DNA of 63,663 nt, filler included, from Octopus bimaculoides (Eukaryota): the NCBI RefSeq assembly GCF_001194135.2. It is 5 parts of 5 records of this genome, joined end to end, with 100 filler letters (N's around TTAATTAATTAA, not from the genome) between each part and the next. Parts side by side here need not be neighbours in the genome. Positions count along the whole stretch, not along the records: positions 25,429 to 29,247 come from NC_068983.1; positions 29,348 to 35,663 come from NC_068982.1; positions 35,764 to 61,000 come from NC_068998.1; 2 more parts are not named here. The stretch is one strand, 5' to 3'. Positions within the stretch are counted from its first letter, which is position 1. Each line of letters begins with the position of its first letter. Below the pieces are notes generated by a model that did not search any database, was not told the origin of the DNA, and saw only the letters and a list, made by a program, of their open reading frames with translations. This document shows positions 25,466-35,958 of the stretch, one piece after another. The translations under genes were made by a program, and so were the position numbers.

Positions 25466-25719
25466 GGGCATATGGTGTAGTGGTTAAGAGCGCGGGCTAC
25501 TAACCCCAAGATTCCGAGTTCGATTCACGGCAGCGACCTGATTAATAATAGTAATAATAATAATAATAGTAACCCAGGTTTAAAATTTCCCCAAGACACC
25601 TGACGAAGGCTGGAGGGTATATCAGCCGAAACGTTGTGTTAACAACAAACAAGATGAGGACAAATATCAGTCAAATGTAAATAATGTAAATAATTCCTCA
25701 TCTCTTAAATATAGAACTG
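25466..25719 (+). mobile_element. Composite SINE-like element: tRNA-like Pol III head, (AAT)n and hammerhead ribozyme module
   Basis: A box TGGTGTAGTGG, B box GAGTTCGATTC, an AAT array at about 25540-25570, a hammerhead at 25595-25640, and a 3' part shared with 30835-31082. Confidence 0.75.
25595..25640 (+). ncRNA. Minimal type I hammerhead ribozyme with palindromic helix III
   Basis: Stem I GACAC (25595-99) / GTGTT (25636-40); core CTGACGA (25600-06); stem II GGCTG (25608-12) / CAGCC (25623-27); GAAA (25628-31); helix III ACGT; predicted cleavage after GUU at 25635. Confidence 0.75.
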
Positions 25720-25721
25720 TG

Positions 25722-25960
25722 TCTCGTCATTGGCTTCAAATATTTTCAGCAGATCAAAGCAGACTCCCATCCTTCTCTCCTTCAAATCGGGTGTCAACCG
25801 ACGAAATACTAAATTTGTACCCTTTTCCGATACTGTATGTCATCCATGTAAATAACCAGGTAACCCGCATCCTTTCTTCGTTAAGAACTTCACGACAGCA
25901 CGTTACTTCTGCTTGGAACACGTTATCAGTTTGCAATAAAGCAAAACGATAGAAAGGGTC
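25722..25960 (-). mobile_element. Mariner (Tc1/mariner) transposase relic, internally deleted
   Basis: Minus frame reads KQK*RAVVKFLTKKG...RRLTPDLKERRMGVCFDLLKIFEANDETQF, resembling the mariner N-terminal QRAVIKFL and WVPRxLTxxQKxxRxxxCxxLL motifs. Confidence 0.65.
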
Positions 25961-26004
25961 AGTTTATAAAAATGCAATGTCTCCTTTTGCATTACTTTTG
26001 GAAT

Positions 26005-26158
26005 CACAAGGCCCGAAATTTTGGGGAAGAGTGACAGTCGATTAGATCAACCCCAGAACGCAATTGGTACTTAATTTATCGACCTCGAAAGGATGAAAGG
26101 ATGAAAGGCAAATTCGACCTCAGCGGAATTTGAACTCAGAACGTAGAGATAGACGAAA
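26005..26158 (-). mobile_element. SINE family B (3' two-thirds)
   Basis: CACAAGGCCCGAAATTTTGGGG...GGTACTTAATTTATCGACC...GGAATTTGAACTCAGAACG, with a local AAAGGATG duplication. Confidence 0.85.
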
Positions 26159-27147
26159 ATGAGTAAATGTGTTAACATGCAAATGTGTGTCTGTGTGCGT
26201 GTATACATACCTTCATCCATCCATACATTCATACCTATATACTTGTATACACTCGTAGATGCCAGAGTTAGTATTTGTGTGTGTGTGTGTGTGTGTGTGT
26301 GCGTAAGTGTGCGTGAGTGAGTGTGTGCGTGAGTGTATGTGTGAGTGAATGAGTGAGTGTGTGTGTGTGTATGTGTGTATGTGTGTATGTGTGTACGTGT
26401 GTGTGAGTGAGTGTCATGTGAATGAGGAATCAGGAGGAAATAAATTATAAGTAATTATCATTTGAAATTGTACATAGATATATATATATACAAACGATGA
26501 GCTTGCAGAATTTCTGATTCTATTTGGCAATCATGTATTTCAAGATGTACTTGTAATACAGAAAAGCACCTGTAATTTAAGACAAAATTCCAAGAGTTTT
26601 GTGATTATTTGGCAAATATTTCTTTGATTTGGAAACTGAAATTCTATCTACTCTTTGAAATTCTAAAATAACCTAAATTGTTGAATGTAATGAAATAAAT
26701 CATTCATTTCTTTGATCTCTTTGTATAAAAGGTTTGAAAATATAAACTGAAAATGCTTTGTCTTATTAATATATATATGTATGTATATATANNNNNNNNN
26801 NNNNNNNNNNNNNNNNNNNNNNNNNNNNNNNNNNNNNNNNNNNNNNNNNNNNNNNNNNNNNNNNNNNNNNNNNNNNNNNNNNNNNNNNNNNNNNNNNNNN
26901 NNNNNNNNNNNNNNNNNNNNNNNNNNNNNNNNNNNNNNNNNNNNNNNNNNNNNNNNNNNNNNNNNNNNNNNNNNNNNNNNNNNNNNNNNNNNNNNNNNNN
27001 NNNNNNNNNNNNNNNNNNNNNNNNNNNNNNNNNNNNNNNNNNNNNNNNNNNNNNNNNNNNNNNNNNNNNNNNNNNNNNNNNNNNNNNNNNNNNNNNNNNN
27101 NNNNNNNNNNNNNNNNNNNNNNNNNNNNNNNNNNNNNNNNNNNNNNN

Positions 27148-27218
<71 letters not shown>

Positions 27219-27906
27219 TCTAAAATTAAATTCATAATTAGAGTTATTCTGTCGTTCCTTTGCACAGTAATCATTTGTAAAAGTATGGATAAATGTATTG
27301 AATATGTATCTAACAGAGATGATTAAAATAAGTTGTAACATCGCCTACAGGACTCCTACGTCGCGTCTGTTGTAAAACGCCTAGGGATTGTGTATGTATG
27401 TGCTTATGTGTGTGCATATGTGTGTGTGTGCGGATGTGGGTGTGCGAGCATAGTCATCTCTGTGTGACCGCCAACCTCGTTTCCCAACCACGCAATCTTG
27501 GGTTCAGTCCCACTGCATGGCACCTTTCGCAAGCGTCTTTTACAGAAGCACCTGATCGACCGAATCGTAATAAGCGGATTTCTTAGCCGTTGTATATGTG
27601 CCTGTGTTGCGGATTTGCTTGTATTGGTATGTATATAAGCATGTGTGTGTGTACGTGTTGTTAACGAACAACAGCGTCAGACAAGCGGCGGACATTGTTT
27701 CCAGTCTTCTATAAAAAAAACATGTTTAGTATGGAAACATATTACTTTGCTACAAAAGTAGGATTTTACTACGGTCGAATGTCCTTCTTGGCATCAACCA
27801 GTTCAGTGTTGGTGACAAGAAGGATGTCTAGCTGTAGAAAATTCTAGTTGACTGATGCCAGCATGAAAATGCGGTCATTAAATTATGATGATGATGATGA
27901 TGATGA

Positions 27907-27947
<41 letters not shown>

Positions 27948-27996
27948 ATATACTGCATATAAATACATATATATATATATATATATGTGTGTGTGA

Positions 27997-28062
<66 letters not shown>

Positions 28063-28064
28063 TG

Positions 28065-28203
28065 AAGGTGCATGGTTCAGTTGCCAGAGTATGGGGCTTA
28101 CAATCATGAGTTTGATTCCCGGAGCGAGCTGTGTGATGTGTTCTTGGGCAAGGCACACTATTTCACGTTGATCCAGTGCACTCAGCTGTAGAGAAGGGGC
28201 TGA
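28065..28203 (+). mobile_element. SINE family D head and CORE-like domain
   Basis: GAGTTTGATTCCCGG B box, then TGTGTTCTTGGGCAAGGCACACTATTTCAC. Confidence 0.6.
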
Positions 28204-28677
28204 GATGGGGATGACAACTAAATAAAATGGTGAGTGCTTCATAGATAGATACATATATACATATATGTATGTGTGTGTGTATGTGTCTGTGTGTATAAAT
28301 ACATATATATATATATATATATATAAAATAAAAGAAGGAAAATGCACACACTGTACATAGTTTTAATATGTTTTTTTAACATATTTTATATTGTTTCTCG
28401 AAGTTTGTGAATGAATGGTTCAACAAGTAGATAAATCTAAGAGGTGGTAATTGGCATTGTTATTATTGGGGACGGGGGGAGCTGATTGCTCATATTTCAA
28501 GGAGGGGATAAGTAAATATATATACAGAAAAACTCTAAGGCTAAAGTAGTGAGATGAAATATGTACAATGATGGGTATGTGATCAAGAATTAAAATATAT
28601 ACTGAGATCAAAGTTGGTTATGCGTTCATATTTAGCCGTATTTTGTATTTTTCGATGAACAAATTTTCTTCATTTAA

Positions 28678-28832
28678 ACCTTCTTTCAGATTCCGCCTAC
28701 CGAATCCACTCACAAGGCTTTGGTCAGACCGGGGCTTTATCATAAGACGCTTGCTCAAAGTGCCACGTAATGGGACTGAACCCGGAACCAAGTGGTTGGA
28801 AAGCAAGCTTCTTACCACACAGCCACGTCTGC
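28678..28832 (-). mobile_element. SINE family A 5' part
   Basis: CACAAGGCTTTGGTC...GGGACTGAACCCGGAACC...CTTCTTACCACACAGCCAC. Confidence 0.85.
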
Positions 28833-28950
28833 ACCTTACAACATAGCCACGTTTGTGCAAACATATATACATATACACACACACATATACCTATATATAC
28901 ACACACTCACACATGTACACACACACACAAATATACACACACATATTGAT

Positions 28951-28997
<47 letters not shown>

Positions 28998-29471
28998 AAT
29001 ATATGAGTATATGCATATATATGTACATGTATGTATATACGTTCATCTACATGTACATATAGATACATAACTGGGTACATGACGTGGCAAAAGAACAAGG
29101 ACAAAATGGTAAACAAGGTGCAACAAACAAGCAGGCCACATCAGCTGCCACCATTAAAACTCCGGCGTTTCGAAGAATTAAGGCAGTACGCATCGTTAAA
29201 ATGGTTCTTCCCACGAACACAAATTAAATTGTTTTCGTGGAGGGTAGNNNNNNNNNNNNNNNNNNNNNNNNNNNNNNNNNNNNNNNNNNNNTTAATTAAT
29301 TAANNNNNNNNNNNNNNNNNNNNNNNNNNNNNNNNNNNNNNNNNNNNCGGGGTTGTTCATGGTTGGAACGCCTTTGAGCATTAGGTCTTTAAGGCTTCTC
29401 ACACAGGACAGGTCTAGGGCTAAAGGACCACCACCAGCACCAATTACCTACCCGCAAACCGCCGCCGCTGA

Positions 29472-29522
<51 letters not shown>

Positions 29523-30060
29523 AACTACTTAGCAGTCAGTAGTCGCTAGTATTTGGGGGCCCGTCTTAAGATTGCTTAGCTGACAGCTGTAGATGTGTAA
29601 AAGGGGGTGGGATTGATTGAAGAGGGTTGGTTGGGATAGTGGGCGGAGGCTGTGTGTATAGTTGCGGTTGGAGGTGGGTGTTGCAGTATAATAATGGCTA
29701 CATGGTAGTAGAAGCGGTGGTGGTGGTGGTGGTGGTTGTGGTGTTAGTAGTGACACCAGCCAGCAGCGATGATAATGATGCAGTTAATGGTGGTGGTGAT
29801 GATGGTGGCAGTAAGTTGTAGTACAGAACGAATGGGGCGGTTTTGTGATGTTGCTGTTGTTTAATCCAGGTCCGTCATGATGGGATAGGACTTATGACTA
29901 GAGGCGTCCGCTCCATGACCATCCCGTCTGTATTTTTAACTTACTGAACGCGGAAAGCGGAGGACGGATAGATCCGCTCGAAGCTTTATTGCCATTAACT
30001 ACGGAAAGCGGTTTTACTCCACGACTTTGAAAAAAAAAAACAAAAAAACATTTCCTCATA

Positions 30061-30221
30061 GGCGCAGGCGTGGCTGTTTGGTAAGAAGCTTGCTTCCCAA
30101 CCACATAGTTCCAGGTTCAGTCCCACTGCGTGGTTTCTTGGGTAAGTGTCTTCTTCTATAGCATCGGGCCAACCAAAGCTTGTGAGTGGATTTGGTAGAT
30201 GGAAACTGAAAGAAGCTCATC

Positions 30222-30284
<63 letters not shown>

Positions 30285-30472
30285 GCTTGACGACCAATGC
30301 TGGTGTGTTTATGTCCCCGTAACTTAGCGGTTCGGCAAAGAACCCGATAGAATAAGTACTAGGCTTACAATGAATAAGTCCTGGGGTCGAGTTCTTCAAC
30401 TAAAACCCTTTAAGGCGGTGCTCCAGCATGGCCGCCGTCAAATGACTGAAACAAGTAAAAGAATAAAAGAAT
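30061..30472 (+). mobile_element. Full-length SINE family A (tRNA head, CORE-like domain, internal microsatellite, 3' tail); probably related to the octopus OR1/OR2 CORE-SINEs
   Basis: A box near 30071, B box GGTTCAGTCCC near 30114, CTTGGGTAAGTGTCTTCT CORE-like segment, internal (TA)n(TG)n, and end GAAACAAGTAAAAGAATAAAAGAAT. The family name is from memory, not from alignment. Confidence 0.9.
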
Positions 30473-30526
30473 ATATATATAGATGCCCATACTCATAAAC
30501 AGAGAGAGAGTGATAGCGATATATAA

Positions 30527-30567
<41 letters not shown>

Positions 30568-30834
30568 TGGAGACAGAGAAAGGGAGAGAAGGAGGAGAGA
30601 ACGAGAGAAACGTTAAAACGCCTGATGTCAAACCAGCGACGCCAATTAGACAGCGCCAAAACGACCGTGTCACAACGTCTCAAACTCATCCAGTTCAGTA
30701 CTTTCCAAGATTATCGTGGTGCTGCAAACTCTATGGATTCGTTGATTATATTTTTCTTTCACTAGTTTCAGTCATTAGACAGCGGCCATGCTGGGGCACT
30801 GACTGGAAGGATTTAGTCGAACAAATCAACCCTC

Positions 30835-31033
30835 CAGTTCTATATTGAAGAAATGAGGAATTATGTACGTTATTTACATTATTTACATTTGACGGATATT
30901 TGTCCTCATCTTGTTTGTTGTTAGCAACGTTTCGGCTGATATACCCTCCAGCCTTCATCAGGTGACTTGGGGGAAATTTCGAACCTGGGTTCTCATTCCT
31001 AAGGTATTTTTCGATGTTATTATTTATTATTAC

Positions 31034-31082
<49 letters not shown>
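30835..31082 (-). mobile_element. Second copy of the (AAT)n-hammerhead element, lacking the tRNA head
   Basis: Minus strand reads (AAT)n...AACCCAGGTTCGAAATTTCC...CACCTGATGAAGGCTGGAGGGTATATCAGCCGAAACGTTG...AATATAGAACTG. The 3' side of stem I is disrupted. Confidence 0.8.
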
Positions 31083-31083
<1 letters not shown>

Positions 31084-31310
31084 GTTTAACTTTTGCTTTA
31101 CATTTGTTCAACTTGGCTCCAAGTCTCACCCGGAGACCTCAAGAGACAACAAGTTAGAAGTTCTAGTTGGTGTTATGCCTAGGGTGCCATATATTTGGTT
31201 CTGTACATAGTGTTTTCTGGAGAATGTTTAAGAAACCATAAGAAAATTATGTTTGTTTTAAAATTTGAGATTACATAGAAAGTATTTTGCGTAGGAAGTG
31301 GGCAGTTCCA
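31083..31310 (-). mobile_element. R4/Dong-like non-LTR retrotransposon 3' end
   Basis: Minus strand encodes GTAHFLRKILSM*, as in the 61101 copy (GTAHILRKTLSIQ*). A 3' UTR follows and ends in (TAA)n. Confidence 0.65.
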
Positions 31311-31329
31311 GTATATATATATATATACA

Positions 31330-31810
31330 CACATATATATAATGGAACAAAAACGCAATAGAGGACCATAAAACATTCGGACAGATAGACGATACACAGG
31401 TGGGCAGGAGAAACAACAATTAGAAGGACAGGGGAAAAAAGGACGGGTCATTCGGGGCCTTCTTTTTTCAGTCAAGATACCAGATGTCTTTATCGTTTCG
31501 GCCAGTTACACTTGAGATAGTTCGATCTGGTTGCCCCCCCCCCCCCCCGCCAAAGTCTAAGCTAAGAGCTAAAAGCTAGCGAATGTGTACGGCAACAAAG
31601 ACAAAAAACAGAGAACATAGTACACAATTACAAATACACGCAACAAGAATATAACAACAGGTGTCTTTCGATTGAGAACGAATCAAATTGAGCTGGTGTG
31701 TATGAAGTGAAAGCCTAAAGGCAGGAACATAGGAGATGGACATAAGAGGTGTTGGCGGTCGGCAGTCAGGCCAAGAAAGAAAGAAAGATCATGGCTAGCC
31801 GGACACCGGT
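31330..31810 (-). mobile_element. Possible Penelope-like element remnant
   Basis: Minus strand has FLPLGFHF (weakly like a GIY-YIG C-terminus) and GGCCGAAACG / CTTGACTGA...CCGAA hammerhead-like debris. Weak. Confidence 0.3.
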
Positions 31811-33375
31811 CACGTAGAAGGAGGAGAGAGGGGTAGGATTGAAGGATTAGAAAAAAAAGTCAGAGACAAAGGGAAAGGTACAGAGGAGATAAACGAGGAG
31901 GAAAAGTGGGAGTTAAGGAAAGAGAGGGCCAAGAAATGTGAGAGAAGGGGAGCGAGAAAAAAAAAGAGAGGGAATTGGGCTTCTTTCCGTTTCCGTCCAC
32001 CAAATTCAGGTACTGAATCTGGAACCATGTCTTTGGAAAGCAAACTTCTTACCACAAAACCACGCCTTGGAGGCGGTAGCTCCGGAAAGTGAAACGGCGG
32101 CACGACAGTGCATGATATCCTTTCATAACATCTGGCACACACATAAAAAGAATTTAAAGTTATGAAACTCCGTCAACAAAAACGGCTCCGTTGATCCTTT
32201 AAATTCTTTGTAAAAGTTGATTAGATTTATAGAGATGTTGATAGTTATATGGGATAAGATAAGTGGATTTTATTAGACAGTGTGCATAGGATGGGGGTAA
32301 CAGAGGGAGCAGACAAATGGTGAAGAATTGTGTGTGTGTGTGTGTGTGTGCACGTGTTGTTTGTGTGTATTAGTCTGCATATCACTCAAACACGCTGTAT
32401 ATTTACTTTTTTACTTATTTCAGTGAAGATTGCTGGCATGCTATATACAGGGACATCTCCAATTACGCGCGCACGCGCACACACACACACATATACCTAT
32501 GTGTGGTAAGAAGCTTGCTTGCCAACCACATGGTTCCGGATTCAGTCCATCTTGGGCAAGTGTTCTCCACTATAGTGTCGGGCCGACTAAAACCTTGTGA
32601 GCACCGCCGCACGGGGTTTAGTCGATCAGATTAACCCCATATTCATTTTTTCTTTTAGTCTTGTACTTATTCTATCGTTTTTTTGTTTGTTTTTTTGCCA
32701 AACAGCAAAGGGATCTAGTCTTTTTCATTCGCAAAATATGTATTTTTTAAAAGACAGTAAAAAATCTGAAAATCGGCGATAATAATAAAGATTTCCAGTC
32801 TAATTGCTATGAAGGTAGGATGTTATGGAGAAAAAAATTGGCGGAAAAAGTTGCAGAGATTTAAAAATCGAAAAAACTGTAATTTTAGTCAATAGCGAGA
32901 CAGAAATTTTCTGCGTTTTGCGGAACGGTGTCAGCTTTAAGGTTGTACCCTGTGAAATTTATATTTTAGCGTCTGTGAAATGACCTCTACATTGTAGGTT
33001 TCTAAATAAACAGAAATACCTAATAAAATCAGCATGTATCATCTTACTGTTTCTTTTGTTTCTTCATTGATTTTATGCTTCGATTTGTAAAGTACGATAA
33101 AAATAACACTGGTCAACAAAGAATTTGTCCTAAGAAAAAGAATACCTGTATCCTATGCGTTTTTGCATGCAGAATTCAAAAATAATGTCAAATTATCTGT
33201 ACTAAGTTCACATATTCCATTCACCTTCATTACGCTGAGAAACTGTATAAACATTGCAAACAACTTTTGCTATATATATGAAAAATATGTAAAATATTAA
33301 GACAATTGGCGAGAAATATCTATAATAAAGTTCTAATTGATAAATATTAATTTTTATTAACACAAAACACGCGGG

Positions 33376-33488
33376 TGACGTAAATCTCGTGCTGTGAAGA
33401 ATCAACACAACATGCGGGTGGAGCACAACACAATGAGCGGTTGTCAAGGTAACAAGCTGTTAATGCCTCGCTGTCTGTTGATTGGCTA
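33376..33488. promoter_or_regulatory. Cluster of CRE-like, X-box-like and CCAAT motifs
   Basis: TGACGTAA 33376-83, GTTGTCAAGGTAAC 33440-53, GATTGGCTA 33480-88. May lie inside a repeat. Confidence 0.25.
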
Positions 33489-33654
33489 AAATTACTCAAA
33501 TTTCCCAAATTTAATTCCAAATAACATCAGATTCTTTAATTTAGGAGGCAAAGTAATTGGTTGATCGTAATCAAAATTTAGAGTTGCGTCAATACACCAA
33601 AATTGAAAGCAATCGGAACAAAATTAAAGGGGGTTCATTTTGCGAATGTAAACG

Positions 33655-33913
33655 ACTAAATCCCAGCTAAGTTACGGGGATTTAAAGAAGACACTGGTTG
33701 CCAAATGGTGGTGGGGGACAAACGCAACACCAAGAAGCGCGCGCACACACATGTCTATACGAAGGGCTTCTTTTCAGTTTCCATCTACCAAGCTGAACTC
33801 AGAAGGCATTGGTCGGCTCGAGACTACAGCAGGAAGCACTTGTCCAAGGGTGATACTGAACCCGAAGCCACGTAGTTTCAAAGTGAGCTTAACCACACAG
33901 CCATGCCTGCGCC
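33655..33913 (-). mobile_element. SINE family A
   Basis: GCTAAGTTACGGGGA...CTTCTTTTCAGTTTCCATCTACCAA...CTTAACCACACAGCCATGCCTGCGCC. Confidence 0.85.
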
Positions 33914-34644
33914 TATTTATGTATATATATATATTCGAAGGAGCGCTGAGAAATTCCTGGCTTTAAGGGTGCCGCAAAAGGCCTGGTTATAGGCCCAACT
34001 TTCCGAGTTCTCTTACAGGGCTCAGAAAAACAGAAGGACCGCTGCAATAAATGTGTCGATCTGAGAGGAGAATTGAGTAAAATAATATACTTTCTTTTAC
34101 CCCAAACCAGGAACTTTTCAGCTTCCACCTCGTATACCTATATTTGTACGTATATGCGTATGTGCCATATATATCTGTATATATTTATATAATTGTGTGT
34201 GTGTGTATTTTTCTATGTGCAATTTTAGTTCTGCTTTAAAGAGAGATAATTATATCCCAGCTTTATCTCTCCAAACCTACAATAACTATAGTTATATATT
34301 TATATATAAAAATCATCCTTTACATTTCAAATGATCCTACACCGTTAGGAAGTGTATTATGAATAACAGTGTCCAGCACGTTTGACCGACCAGTTTAGCT
34401 AAATCATAGTTTGTATGTAGTATAAATAGTTACACGGTTACTTAACTGTCCATGCACAGAAGATAAGCAGTCTTTCTTTGATAAAATCGTACTAGAAACT
34501 AATCAAATGTTTCCAATTTTTTCTGTTCACGGAAAGATAAATCTTGTGGCGCAACCAGTTTGTTTATTTTTTGCAGTGAGGCTAAAATTATGCTAATTGC
34601 AAAAAGATATATCTCATACTTTTCAAATTACCACTAAAGTTGTA

Positions 34645-34649
34645 TAATG

Positions 34650-34721
<72 letters not shown>

Positions 34722-34735
34722 GTCTGTCTGTCTAC
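34645..34735. repeat. (TATC)n followed by (TGTC)n
   Basis: Direct reading. Confidence 0.95.
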
Positions 34736-34839
34736 AAAATCCGATCCTTCGTTACGTCTGTCTACGTGTGTATGACTGCATATGTAGGTATATTTTGTAT
34801 GTGCTTATATATGTCTGTATATCGAATATGGGCACTGTA

Positions 34840-35560
34840 AAACACGACACGTAACGAAGGATCGGATTTTGTAGAGGGATCTGCACTGAGTAGAGGGTTG
34901 CTATATGCAGAGTTGTAACGGCGCAGGACATAAGCCTCCTTCGCGATAGGCCAGTGTACGGAACAGGGTCCAGGTAGAATTAGTAGCGTACAAGAAATAA
35001 GTATGATATTCAATGCTTTGCCCAAACGCGTGTAAGTTCTATAAAACATTGACTACCATCCCTGTTTACTCCATCGTATAAATTGTGTGTGTGTGTGCAC
35101 GCGCACGTGTATATATGTGTTGATCATTACTCGTTGCACAACTATTACATCATGTGGTTCAGTTAGCTAAGAAACATATGTAGCGTGCATTTTACCTGTT
35201 TCCACTCCCTCAGTTTGGATTTTTATTCGCATTTGTAGCAGCTCCAGTTGCTAACTGAGCTATATAGAAACTATCAGCTTATCGAATTTCCTCGCAATTT
35301 CGATATGGGAAACGGTGTGTAACCCATTCCGTTGGCTGGGCTTCGACAGAGTTCCGCATCGTTACTTTTCGTGACTTCCGTGGTGGGAGAGGGTGATTTG
35401 CGCGCCTGTTGCCTTCTTTGAATGTAGCAGCCGTTCCGCATGCCAATAAATTATTGTTTCTTATCGTATACTGTCCACTTTTTTGTTCTCTATACCAGCC
35501 ACTCACTGCTTGAAGTTAACTAACTTTCCAAATACGGATCCTTGAATCGCGCGCGCGCAC
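34840..35560. promoter_or_regulatory. CpG-island-like segment, candidate promoter or first exon
   Basis: About 14 CpG in 35281-35460, ETS-like ACTTCCG at 35374-80, and a plus-strand GTAAGT donor-like site at 35032-37. CpG-poor sequence follows. Confidence 0.35.
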
Positions 35561-35607
35561 ACACAGACACACAGACACACAGACACACAGACACACACGC
35601 ACACACA

Positions 35608-35663
<56 letters not shown>

Positions 35664-35763
35664 NNNNNNNNNNNNNNNNNNNNNNNNNNNNNNNNNNNNN
35701 NNNNNNNTTAATTAATTAANNNNNNNNNNNNNNNNNNNNNNNNNNNNNNNNNNNNNNNNNNNN

Positions 35764-35794
<31 letters not shown>

Positions 35795-35797
35795 TTA

Positions 35798-35958
35798 CAG
35801 GCATGGCTATGTGGTAAGAAGCTTGTTTCCCAACCACATGGTTCCACATTCAGTCCCACTGCATGGCACCTTGGGCAAGTGTTTTCTACTATAGCCTCAA
35901 GGCCGACCAAAGCCTTGTGAGTGGGTTTAGTAGACAGAAATTAAAAGAAGCCCATCAT
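35798..35958 (+). mobile_element. SINE family A 5' part
   Basis: GGCATGGCTATGTGGTAAG...CACCTTGGGCAAGTG...GACCAAAGCCTTGTGAGTGG. Confidence 0.9.

Noticed and set aside
25466-25535. Possible tRNA gene (and similar SINE heads elsewhere)
   Set aside because: A and B boxes are present, but acceptor and anticodon stems do not pair. These are SINE heads.
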